IMG/VR virus record: IMGVR_UViG_3300045988_069864
Strand: one strand, 5' to 3'
Length of the DNA: 64,000 nucleotides
Source of the DNA: a virus
Position numbers and translations under genes: made by a program. Under the pieces are notes generated by a model. That model was not told the DNA's origin. It ran no database searches and was given only the letters and a program-made list of their open reading frames with translations. Positions 35,608 through 42,236 of this stretch are shown here, in pieces. Each line of letters begins with the position of its first letter. The first letter of the stretch is position 1.

Positions 35608-36027
35608 ATGGCAACAGTAATACGAGCGGAACTATCAAAAAGAAATAAGTACTGGGTCGAGAAACACCGATACTACGAATTGAAACATTTTTGCTTGCAA
35701 TATCCAATTTGGAAACGAGCATATTCCGAGATTGAAATGCTAGGTGGGTGTACGTACGATCCAATGATATTTCATAGATCGAGTTCGCCAGGCGACCCAA
35801 CCGGACGACTAGCCGAGAAGCGGATGCTGTACCACGATCGAATGAAACTTGTCGAGCAAACAGCATTAGCCGCCGATTCGGAACTAGCCACTTATATTTT
35901 AAAGGGGGTGACTGAAGAACTAAGTTTTAACATGCTGAAATCAAAGTTGGACATACCGTGTAGTAAAGATACTTACTACGATCGGTACAGAAGATTCTTT
36001 TGGTTATTGGATGAAATAAGAGATTGA
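35608..36027 (+). CDS. RinA/ArpU-like (sigma region-4-like) transcription regulator candidate
   Basis: 139 aa. The YYELKHFCLQYP..K pattern and a C-terminal HTH-like segment (CSKDTYYDRYRRFFWLLDE) resemble phage late activators. Confidence 0.4.
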   Translation: MATVIRAELSKRNKYWVEKHRYYELKHFCLQYPIWKRAYSEIEMLGGCTYDPMIFHRSSSPGDPTGRLAEKRMLYHDRMKLVEQTALAADSELATYILKGVTEELSFNMLKSKLDIPCSKDTYYDRYRRFFWLLDEIRD

Positions 36028-36047
36028 TATTTTAGGAGGAAACAACA

Positions 36048-36194
36048 ATGGAAAACAAAATTCTTAATGCAGTAATGATTGCAGTAGCAGGCGGTATCGT
36101 GGCTAAAGTATTGAAAACAGTAAGAGATAGAAAGATCGAAAAAGAATTATATGATACGGAGGTTGTTTGCGATGAACAATCAGATAAAGAGTAG
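36048..36194 (+). CDS. 48-aa membrane peptide
   Basis: ATG 8 nt after AGGAGGA. TM segment ILNAVMIAVAGGIVAKVL. Below the track's size cutoff. Confidence 0.4.
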   Translation: MENKILNAVMIAVAGGIVAKVLKTVRDRKIEKELYDTEVVCDEQSDKE

Positions 36195-36402
36195 TATTCG
36201 TGCAAAAGCTAGATTAATTTACGGATTACTGAATGTTCTTGAATACGATATTGATAATCTTCGTTCAGATGTAAACACTTGCGAAGTTGCTAGTTTGATG
36301 AAAACCATCCAAGATACTAACATGACACTTGAAAACCTAATCGATATTGTAGCTGAGATCGAATACTTATTATATTTACATAATGCAGAGGAGTCCCTAT
36401 AG
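36172..36402 (+). CDS. Hypothetical 76-aa protein
   Basis: ATG 36172 lies 9 nt after GGAGG. Overlaps the end of the 48-aa ORF. Confidence 0.45.
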   Translation: MNNQIKSSIRAKARLIYGLLNVLEYDIDNLRSDVNTCEVASLMKTIQDTNMTLENLIDIVAEIEYLLYLHNAEESL

Positions 36403-36414
36403 GGGCTCTTTTTG
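36391..36414 (+). terminator. Intrinsic terminator
   Basis: GAGTCCC-TATA-GGGGCTC followed by TTTTTG. Confidence 0.6.
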
Positions 36415-36443
36415 TTCGCGCGAAAAGCATGTTCATTTATGAA
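36415..36443 (+). promoter_or_regulatory. TTCGCG-N17-TATG motif copy 2
   Basis: TTCGCG 36415-36420 and TATGAA 36438-36443. Heads ORF-less unit A. Confidence 0.5.
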
Positions 36444-36544
36444 GAGAGAACAAAAGTGAACATTAGAAAGACAAATTTATAAGATGCGACCGTCTATGCC
36501 TTCGCAAGAAGGAGGGAACACATATCGCACTCTCTTTTCATTTT
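36441..36544 (+). ncRNA. ORF-less transcription unit A (candidate ~100-nt RNA)
   Basis: No SD-preceded ORF. The 5' GAAGAGAGA (36441-36449) pairs with CTCTCTTTTC (36530-36539), which precedes ATTTT. There is an internal CCTTC-GCAA-GAAGG hairpin. Confidence 0.3.
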
Positions 36545-36571
36545 CGCGAAAAAAACTTGTTCCTTTATGCA
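36543..36571 (+). promoter_or_regulatory. TTCGCG-N17-TATG motif copy 3
   Basis: TTCGCG 36543-36548 (inside the palindrome TTTTCGCGAAAA) and TATGCA 36566-36571. Confidence 0.5.
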
Positions 36572-36597
36572 AATAAAACTTTTAGGAGGAATTTATT

Positions 36598-36750
36598 ATG
36601 ATGCCTGTAGGAGCTAAAATTGTGTCGAATATTGCTATTGGAATTATTTATATATGCACGATTCCAGTTGTAGTTACGACAATCAAAGCTGTCATTGCAG
36701 AAATCAAAAATATTCTTAGCGAAGAAGCATTTGACGACGAGGAGAGCTGA
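36598..36750 (+). CDS. 50-aa membrane peptide
   Basis: ATG after TAGGAGGA. TM segment IVSNIAIGIIYICTIPVVVTTI and an acidic tail. Confidence 0.5.
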   Translation: MMPVGAKIVSNIAIGIIYICTIPVVVTTIKAVIAEIKNILSEEAFDDEES

Positions 36751-36767
36751 GCAAGCTCTTCTTTTTT
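36743..36767 (+). terminator. Intrinsic terminator
   Basis: AGAGCT-GAGCA-AGCTCT followed by TCTTTTTT. Confidence 0.7.
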
Positions 36768-36769
36768 AT

Positions 36770-36798
36770 TTCGCGTAGAAAACATCCTCCTTTATGCA
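36770..36798 (+). promoter_or_regulatory. TTCGCG-N17-TATG motif copy 4
   Basis: TTCGCG 36770-36775 and TATGCA 36793-36798. The downstream leader is nearly identical to that of copy 3 (AATAAAACTTTTAGGAGG). Confidence 0.5.
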
Positions 36799-36825
36799 GA
36801 ATAAAACTTTTAGGAGGTATTTATT

Positions 36826-37026
36826 ATGAGTAACAGTATTATTCACAAGGTATTGGATTGGACTGAGAAAACAACGAATGAACTCGATCCTAAGACTGAC
36901 AAACATGCCTACGCAAAAGCGTTTGGTTTGGGTGCCATTGAAGGATTGATTGATTCCGCTGTATTCTGGTATCTGCCATTGCTTGCATTGTGCTATTACT
37001 GGAAAGGTAAGGCTGAAAAGAAGTAA
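36826..37026 (+). CDS. 66-aa membrane protein
   Basis: Strong SD and a C-terminal TM segment (AVFWYLPLLALCYYW). Confidence 0.55.
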   Translation: MSNSIIHKVLDWTEKTTNELDPKTDKHAYAKAFGLGAIEGLIDSAVFWYLPLLALCYYWKGKAEKK

Positions 37027-37034
37027 TTCTGAGG

Positions 37035-37072
37035 TGAGGGCCATCTAAACGATGGCTCTTTCTTTTATATTT
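37035..37072 (+). terminator. Intrinsic terminator
   Basis: GAGGGCCATC-TAAAC-GATGGCTCTT followed by TCTTTTATATTTT. Confidence 0.7.
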
Positions 37073-37207
37073 TCTAATCTAGATTAAGTATCCTAACCTA
37101 GCTTTAAAAGTTCCGTACTCGGGTGACGACAAACAATGTTATTTTTATAAAGTCGAAATTTTCCCGGGTGGGATTTTTGAAAAAACAAAATGAAAGGAGG
37201 TGGGTAT

Positions 37208-37423
37208 ATGGATTACATAATTCTCTTTGTTGTCTGTATCTTGGTTAATATTGCGATCAACATTATATTTTTCGATCATAAACCATCCGGAACCCTTCGA
37301 ATCGATCATTCTAATCCTGAGAAAGATATCTATCGTTTTGAAATAAACGATTTTGATGCACTGTCCAAGAAAAAGCGAATCGTCATCAATGTGGATAACA
37401 ATGCTTATCTTTCGCAAGAGTAG
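37208..37423 (+). CDS. 71-aa membrane protein
   Basis: ATG 37208 follows AAAGGAGGTGGG. N-terminal TM segment IILFVVCILVNIAINIIFF. Confidence 0.55.
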   Translation: MDYIILFVVCILVNIAINIIFFDHKPSGTLRIDHSNPEKDIYRFEINDFDALSKKKRIVINVDNNAYLSQE

Positions 37424-37439
37424 CATGCACTATTATGGA
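37411..37439 (+). promoter_or_regulatory. TTCGCG-N17-TATG motif copy 5 (TTCGCA / TATGGA)
   Basis: TTCGCA 37411-37416 overlaps the last codons of the upstream gene. TATGGA is at 37434-37439. Confidence 0.4.
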
Positions 37440-37474
37440 ACGTAAGTTCACATATTTGAAAGGAGTAGTTATTT

Positions 37475-37858
37475 ATGAGCTACAAGACCCTGTTGAATGA
37501 AGAAATCGAAAACGAGTTCAAAGAATTAAAGAAATTGAATGTTGGCTCGGAACAGTACAAAACGGCAGTTGATGGTCTGACCAAACTGATGGACAAAAAT
37601 CTTGAGATTCAGAAGTTCGAAGCGGAACGTTCGGAGAAGGATACTAGTCATTGTGACGACTATGAACTTCAAACGAAACAGTTCGAAAGCGAACGTCGGG
37701 ATCGCATTGTGAAGAACGTCCTGACTGCGGCCGGTATCGTATTGCCGCTTGGTGTAACTATCTGGGGAACAATCGTATCGATGGATTTTGAGAAGGAGGA
37801 GACGTTTACTACGATCATGGGTCGAGGCTTTATCCAAAAGCTTCTTCCAAAGAAGTAA
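37475..37858 (+). CDS. Hypothetical 127-aa protein with one TM helix
   Basis: SD GAAAGGAG, a coiled-coil N-terminal part and TM segment VLTAAGIVLPLGVTIWGTIV. Confidence 0.6.
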   Translation: MSYKTLLNEEIENEFKELKKLNVGSEQYKTAVDGLTKLMDKNLEIQKFEAERSEKDTSHCDDYELQTKQFESERRDRIVKNVLTAAGIVLPLGVTIWGTIVSMDFEKEETFTTIMGRGFIQKLLPKK

Positions 37859-37870
37859 GAACTAAGTTTT

Positions 37871-37903
37871 AAGAAGGGGCCGTGGAAACATGGTCTCTTC
37901 TTT
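37871..37903 (+). terminator. Intrinsic terminator (GAAACATGG-loop family)
   Basis: AAGAAGGGGCC-GTGGAAACATGG-TCTCTTCTT followed by TTT. Confidence 0.55.
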
Positions 37904-37932
37904 TTCGCGAAATTTACAGCGTGTATTATGAG
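37904..37932 (+). promoter_or_regulatory. TTCGCG-N17-TATG motif copy 6
   Basis: TTCGCG 37904-37909 and TATGAG 37927-37932. Heads ORF-less unit D. Confidence 0.5.
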
Positions 37933-38080
37933 AGAAAGCAATGGATAAATGCTGGTGGAAATCCAGCGGTGAGACACGAAGGCGGTGCGCCAAGTAATAA
38001 CTTAATAAAAGATGCACCCTACCGGGCAACGGTTTTCGTTGGGCCGACCCTGAAGTCATTACTTTCTCTCTTTTATTTTT
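37930..38080 (+). ncRNA. ORF-less unit D (candidate ~150-nt structured RNA or terminator-containing leader of gene 38109)
   Basis: The 5' GAGAGAAAG (37930-37938) is the perfect complement of CTTTCTCTC (38062-38070), which precedes TTTTATTTTT. Internal hairpins are GCTGG..CCAGC, GGCG-GTG-CGCC and CGGGCAACG..CGTTGGGCCG. Confidence 0.35.
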
Positions 38081-38108
38081 ACAAAACTTTTACAAGGAGA
38101 GGATTGTC

Positions 38109-38850
38109 ATGAGATTACGTCCCAGGCTTAGAAAGATTCATTAAAAAGAATGGAGCAACTATTCTAACTGGTATCGGGGTCACCGGAGTTGTGGCTACTT
38201 CAGTTTTAGTCGGTAAAGCTACATTCAAAGCTTCCGAAATTTTAGAAGAAACCAAGAAAGAAAAAGGTGGAAAACTGGAAACTATGGAAGCCGTTAAACT
38301 TGTAGCTCCGGTTTATATTCCGTCAATCGTAATGGGCGCATCTACTATTGCTTGTATTCTTGGTGCGAACGTACTGAACAGACATCATCAAGCAGCTTTA
38401 ACTAGTGCGTATGCGTTTGTTGATCAATCTTTCAAAGAGTACAAAGCAAAAGTTACTGAATTGTATGGTGAAGAAGCCGATCAAGCAGTAGAAGAGGCAA
38501 TCGAGCAAGATCATGTTTCAGGAGAAAACGATCTTCAATTATTCTATGATGAATTATCAGACCGATATTTTGAATCTACGCCATACAGAGTCCAAAGAGC
38601 AGAATACGAGTTGAATAGAAATATGCTTAAGCGAGACTATGCATACTTGAATGAATGGTATGAAGAATTAGACCTAGACATCGTAGAGAACGGCTATGCT
38701 TTAGGTTGGTCTACATTCCAATGTATGGAAATGTACTGGCAACCATGGATTGACTTCGATCACTATTCATTCACCACTGAAGATGGTCGAGAATGTATGG
38801 GACTTTGCATTATCCAACAACCGATCTTAGATTTTGAGGATTATTGCTAA
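38109..38850 (+). CDS. TM-anchored paralog A (family of 3); needs a +1 shift at CCC-AGG-C (38121-38127), or is a pseudogene
   Basis: ATG 38109 lies 7 nt after AAGGAGAGG, and the zero frame stops at 38144. The +1 frame from 38113 encodes GLERFIKKNGATILTGIGVTGVV, which aligns with paralogs B and C. Confidence 0.5.
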
Positions 38851-38879
38851 TTCGCGATAGAAACTCCTTCTTTAATGAA
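38851..38879 (+). promoter_or_regulatory. TTCGCG-N17-TATG motif copy 7 (AATGAA)
   Basis: TTCGCG 38851-38856 starts 1 nt after the stop of the upstream gene. AATGAA is at 38874-38879. Confidence 0.45.
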
Positions 38880-38903
38880 AGATATTTAAAGGAGGAACCT
38901 ACT

Positions 38904-39203
38904 ATGTTAAACAAACAAGTTAAAAACCTATTCGAAAGCGAAAAGATGGCTAGAAACATAGAAAACTTTGTGGAAAATATCTACATTGACCAGCTTGTAC
39001 GAGATGATCTCGGAGTTGAAGAGAAAGAAGACATTGCCAAAAGAGCTAAGGAACATTTAGCTAATATGGGAAAGTACGAAGAACAAAACTCTGAGTACTG
39101 GTACAAGTATGGCATTATTGAAGGTGAAATCAAAGGTATGTGGAAAGCTATTGGTGTCTTTGCAGTAAGTTATGCACTTGGAGCTTTACTATTTAGAAAA
39201 TGA
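38904..39203 (+). CDS. Hypothetical 99-aa protein with C-terminal TM helix
   Basis: ATG 38904 follows AAAGGAGGA. C-terminal segment AIGVFAVSYALGALLF. Confidence 0.55.
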   Translation: MLNKQVKNLFESEKMARNIENFVENIYIDQLVRDDLGVEEKEDIAKRAKEHLANMGKYEEQNSEYWYKYGIIEGEIKGMWKAIGVFAVSYALGALLFRK

Positions 39204-39216
39204 CTTAAAATCTTTC

Positions 39217-39256
39217 AAGGGGAGGGTCCTTGGTCGGACTCTTCCTTTTATTTTTC
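39217..39256 (+). terminator. Terminator-like hairpin
   Basis: AAGGGGAGGGTCC..GGACTCTTCCTT imperfect stem followed by TTATTTTT. Confidence 0.5.
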
Positions 39257-39267
39257 CGGAGATAACA

Positions 39268-39624
39268 ATGAGATACCATTATGAAAAACCAGCTATATAT
39301 TCGTCTAAATATGGTGCTACATATACATGTAACCATCCAGTTTACAATAAATGTACTTTATATTTAATTGACGGGAAAGGATTAGCCGTAATCCAGCAGC
39401 GATGTGACGATGAAAAACGAACCTGGTGGGATGAGATAGATCCATGGTTAACTAATGAATTATATTTACATCCAAGATTCAAAAAATTCTTCGATACTCG
39501 CGCAGGAAAGCATGACGAGGGATTATATCCAACTGTGACCATTAGACAAATAATGTGGGCATTAAGAATGAAACCTTTAAAACGTGAGCGATGGGAAACA
39601 TGTTTTGATAAAAAAGATATTTAG
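39268..39624 (+). CDS. Hypothetical 118-aa protein
   Basis: ATG 39268 follows GGAG. No recognisable motif. Confidence 0.5.
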   Translation: MRYHYEKPAIYSSKYGATYTCNHPVYNKCTLYLIDGKGLAVIQQRCDDEKRTWWDEIDPWLTNELYLHPRFKKFFDTRAGKHDEGLYPTVTIRQIMWALRMKPLKRERWETCFDKKDI

Positions 39625-39625
39625 T

Positions 39626-39654
39626 TTCGCGATGAAAACATTTTCCTTTATGAG
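39626..39654 (+). promoter_or_regulatory. TTCGCG-N17-TATG motif copy 8
   Basis: TTCGCG 39626-39631 starts 2 nt after the upstream stop. TATGAG is at 39649-39654. Confidence 0.5.
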
Positions 39655-39685
39655 AAAATAAACTTTCTGAAAAGGAGAAAGGAAT

Positions 39686-39910
39686 ATGTTTGACATTATG
39701 CAAATCAAAACTAAATTCATGAGAGGCATGATCGCAAAATTGATCGGAATAGCAATTAAGAACAAATTGGGCTGTAAGATTAAAGTCCAATTTGACGATA
39801 TTGATATTCGCATCGATGACGAGATTGCTCACGTACATGTGAACGGTGGATTTGACATGAAAGTCGACGATCTAAAAAAGTTCACAAAGTTTATCGACGA
39901 AGAGGACTGA
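39686..39910 (+). CDS. Hypothetical 74-aa protein
   Basis: SD AAAGGAG, 74 aa. Confidence 0.55.
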   Translation: MFDIMQIKTKFMRGMIAKLIGIAIKNKLGCKIKVQFDDIDIRIDDEIAHVHVNGGFDMKVDDLKKFTKFIDEED

Positions 39911-39937
39911 GCTAGCAATAGCTCTTCCTTTTGATAT
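39909..39937 (+). terminator. Intrinsic terminator
   Basis: GAGCTA-GCAA-TAGCTC (GNRA loop) followed by TTCCTTTTGATATTT. Confidence 0.65.
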
Positions 39938-39966
39938 TTCGCAAAAATTACAAGCTGTATTATGAG
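39938..39966 (+). promoter_or_regulatory. TTCGCG-N17-TATG motif copy 9 (TTCGCA)
   Basis: TTCGCA 39938-39943 and TATGAG 39961-39966. The SD (AAAGGAGG) follows immediately. Confidence 0.45.
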
Positions 39967-39983
39967 AAAGGAGGTAATGCTTT

Positions 39984-40130
39984 ATGAACGGAACTACATT
40001 GAAAATTATCAAAACTACTCTTACCGTTATCGGTTTGGGCGTAAATATCGCCTCTACCGTTTTGGCAGAGAAAGAACTTGATGTTAAGATTGCAAAAGCT
40101 GTTAGCAAAGCAGTTACCCGCCACAAGTAA
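39984..40130 (+). CDS. 48-aa membrane peptide
   Basis: ATG 39984, TM segment LKIIKTTLTVIGLGVNIASTVL. Below the track cutoff. Confidence 0.45.
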   Translation: MNGTTLKIIKTTLTVIGLGVNIASTVLAEKELDVKIAKAVSKAVTRHK

Positions 40131-40132
40131 TG

Positions 40133-40164
40133 AGAGGGGCCCACATCGGGCCTCTTTTATTTTT
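40133..40164 (+). terminator. Intrinsic terminator
   Basis: AGAGGGGCCC-ACATC-GGGCCTCT followed by TTTATTTTT. Confidence 0.7.
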
Positions 40165-40187
40165 CCACAAATGAAAGGAGTTTAACT

Positions 40188-40961
40188 ATGAACGCATCAA
40201 TCGTAACTAATTTTATCAAAAGCATTAGAAGTACCGCGACTAAGCATAGTCCTGAAATTCTCACTGGCATCGGCATTGCTGGTATGGTTACTACTACCGT
40301 ATTGGCTGTACGAGCTACTCCGAAAGCTATGACGCTCATCGAGGATAAGAAAGAGGAATTGAAAACCGAAAAATTGCCGGTGATAGAAACCGTAAAAACA
40401 ACGTGGAAATGCTATATTCCGGCGGTTATCACTGGTGCTCTTTCTGTTTCTTGTCTTGTAGGCGCAAGTGCGACTAACCTGAAACGTAATGCAGCTCTTG
40501 CTACTGCATATAAACTGTCTGAAACAGCTCTTAGTGAGTATAAGGACGCAGTAGTTGAGACTATTGGCGAGAAAAAGATGCAGGACGTTAAAGATAAAGT
40601 TGCTGAAAAACAGCTTGAGAGAAGTTCTGCTACTAGATCTGACGTGATTGTTGAGGGTAAGGGTACTACACTTTGCTGCGAAGGTTTCACTGGCAGACGT
40701 TTCTATTGCGATATGGACACATTGAAGAAAGCTGAGAACGAACTCAACCGTAATATTATTAACAACATGTATCAATCTTTGAATGATTTCTACGATTTAC
40801 TTGGGGTTGAATACAGTGAAATGGGTGACGAACTTGGCTGGAATCTTGATAGCGGGACAATTGAATTAAGTTTTAGTTCTCAGCTTACTAGTGATGGTCG
40901 TCCTTGCCTTGTTTATGACTTTAATCATGCCCCGGAGTATAACTTTTCCAACTTTCTATGA
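40188..40961 (+). CDS. TM-anchored paralog B (unknown function)
   Basis: 257 aa with an N-terminal TM segment (ILTGIGIAGMVTTTVLAV). Blocks shared with A and C: RNAALA.AY....EY...V.E..G and LN..Y..LG.....G..LGW. Confidence 0.65.
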   Translation: MNASIVTNFIKSIRSTATKHSPEILTGIGIAGMVTTTVLAVRATPKAMTLIEDKKEELKTEKLPVIETVKTTWKCYIPAVITGALSVSCLVGASATNLKRNAALATAYKLSETALSEYKDAVVETIGEKKMQDVKDKVAEKQLERSSATRSDVIVEGKGTTLCCEGFTGRRFYCDMDTLKKAENELNRNIINNMYQSLNDFYDLLGVEYSEMGDELGWNLDSGTIELSFSSQLTSDGRPCLVYDFNHAPEYNFSNFL

Positions 40962-40994
40962 TTGGTTTACACCATATATTCCGTACTATATACG

Positions 40995-41023
40995 TCCGCG
41001 AAATTTGCAAGTTATTTTATGAG
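40995..41023 (+). promoter_or_regulatory. TTCGCG-N17-TATG motif copy 10 (TCCGCG)
   Basis: TCCGCG 40995-41000 and TATGAG 41018-41023. Confidence 0.45.
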
Positions 41024-41065
41024 AAGCAGATAGCTTCCGTTATATTTCGAAAGGAGTAATTAATC

Positions 41066-41338
41066 ATGAGTGAAAATGTTGAAATGAATGCAGTTGAGGT
41101 CAAGGAAACTGTCGAAACCAAAAAGAACTTTGGTTCCAAACTTATCGATGGCATCAAGGAGCATAAGAAGGAAATCGCAGGTATTGCGGTGACCGCCGTA
41201 TGCAGCTATGCCGCATATAAGTATGGTGTCAAGGTCGGACTTAAAAAGATCGACGTTAAACCTGTCATCGAAGCTGTAGCTGACACTGACATTGGCGACG
41301 TGGTTGAGGACGTTATTGAAGACACAACGGAAATCTGA
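41066..41338 (+). CDS. Hypothetical 90-aa protein with central TM helix and acidic tail
   Basis: SD GAAAGGAG, TM segment IAGIAVTAVCSYAAY. Confidence 0.55.
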   Translation: MSENVEMNAVEVKETVETKKNFGSKLIDGIKEHKKEIAGIAVTAVCSYAAYKYGVKVGLKKIDVKPVIEAVADTDIGDVVEDVIEDTTEI

Positions 41339-41345
41339 TTACTAA

Positions 41346-41390
41346 AAGGGGAGGCACCCATAACAAGGTGCTTTCCCTTTTTACTTTTTG
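41346..41390 (+). terminator. Intrinsic terminator
   Basis: AAGGGGAGGCACC-loop-GGTGCTTTCCCTT followed by TTTACTTTTT. Confidence 0.65.
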
Positions 41391-41399
41391 GAGGTTAGG

Positions 41400-41600
41400 A
41401 TGAGCGAGTATCATCGATATGTTTATATAGGCCCGGTGTTGTTATTTGACAGCTGCATCACTGGAAATTGGAAAGCAGAGACAATGGCTGTCTCTAAAGA
41501 GAAAGCTTTGAGTAATCTCAAACATCAATATAAGAAAAAACAACGATTGGCAGTTAATTCCAAAATTGATTTGCCTGGAAAATTAAAAGCTGTCGATTAA
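41400..41600 (+). CDS. Hypothetical 66-aa protein
   Basis: ATG 41400 follows GGAGGTTAGG. Confidence 0.45.
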   Translation: MSEYHRYVYIGPVLLFDSCITGNWKAETMAVSKEKALSNLKHQYKKKQRLAVNSKIDLPGKLKAVD

Positions 41601-41614
41601 AGGAGGCATTTATC

Positions 41615-42226
41615 ATGGATGATTTTAAACCAAACTCTCACCGTTTCAAAGAAGAACAGAACAACCTGCCCGCATTGCCGGAGCCAAAGAAAGTTGAAAA
41701 GGTTGTAACTGGCACCGTTAAAACTCGAAAGAAAACTGAGTTTGACAAGATCAAAGAAACGTTTATTTCCGAAGACGCTCGTAATATCAAAAGTTTTGTG
41801 ATTGACGACGTTCTTATTCCGTCCATCAAGAAAGCGATCAGCGATATTGTTGTTAATAGTATCGACATGCTCCTTTATGGAGATAGTGGTAGACCTAATA
41901 GACGTACTACTGTAACTGATCGTTTCTCTTATGATCAATGCAGTCGAAATCGTACTACTAGAACTGAATCTCGTGGACGTTCCGGGTATGACTTCGATGA
42001 TATTGTTCTCGAGACTAGGGGTGAAGCTGAAGCTGTCTTGTCTCAAATGGATGCAATTATTGATACTTACGGTGTGGCGAAAGTATCTGACTTGTATGAT
42101 CTTGTCGGTAAAACTTGCGCTTACACTGATAATAAATACGGTTGGACCAATCTTCGCAATGCCGAACCGATTCGAGTTCGTGATGGATATTTGTTGAAGA
42201 TGCCCAAAGCAATTCCCATTGATTAA
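41615..42226 (+). CDS. Hypothetical 203-aa protein
   Basis: SD AAAGGAGG. Conserved-looking C-terminal block YGVAKVSDLYDLVGK....DNKYGW, but no function can be assigned. Confidence 0.6.
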   Translation: MDDFKPNSHRFKEEQNNLPALPEPKKVEKVVTGTVKTRKKTEFDKIKETFISEDARNIKSFVIDDVLIPSIKKAISDIVVNSIDMLLYGDSGRPNRRTTVTDRFSYDQCSRNRTTRTESRGRSGYDFDDIVLETRGEAEAVLSQMDAIIDTYGVAKVSDLYDLVGKTCAYTDNKYGWTNLRNAEPIRVRDGYLLKMPKAIPID

Positions 42227-42236
42227 GGAGTAACAA

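Noticed and set aside
36048-36402. The overlapping ORFs 36048-36194 and 36172-36402 as a fourth +1 frameshift fusion.
   Set aside because: The downstream ORF has its own ATG with a well-spaced GGAGG. There is no AGG-C junction, and no homology argument requires a fusion.
37913-37918. TTTACA/TTTGCA-like block inside the motif spacer read as a canonical sigma-A -35 box.
   Set aside because: It lies only 5-9 nt from any -10-like hexamer (TATTAT/TATGAG). No 16-18-nt spacing to a plausible -10 exists downstream.
37930-38080. Unit D as a known riboswitch. The GGTGGAAATCC stretch briefly suggested a cobalamin element.
   Set aside because: The remaining conserved cobalamin, SAM, c-di-GMP or preQ1 core sequences that I remember are absent. 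An Rfam scan is needed before naming any class.
37882-38112. A 76-aa track ORF spanning unit D, and the analogous readable frames across unit L.
   Set aside because: There is no SD. The GTG start sits inside a terminator hairpin, and the frame runs through the T-run terminator. The predicted sequence is low-complexity.
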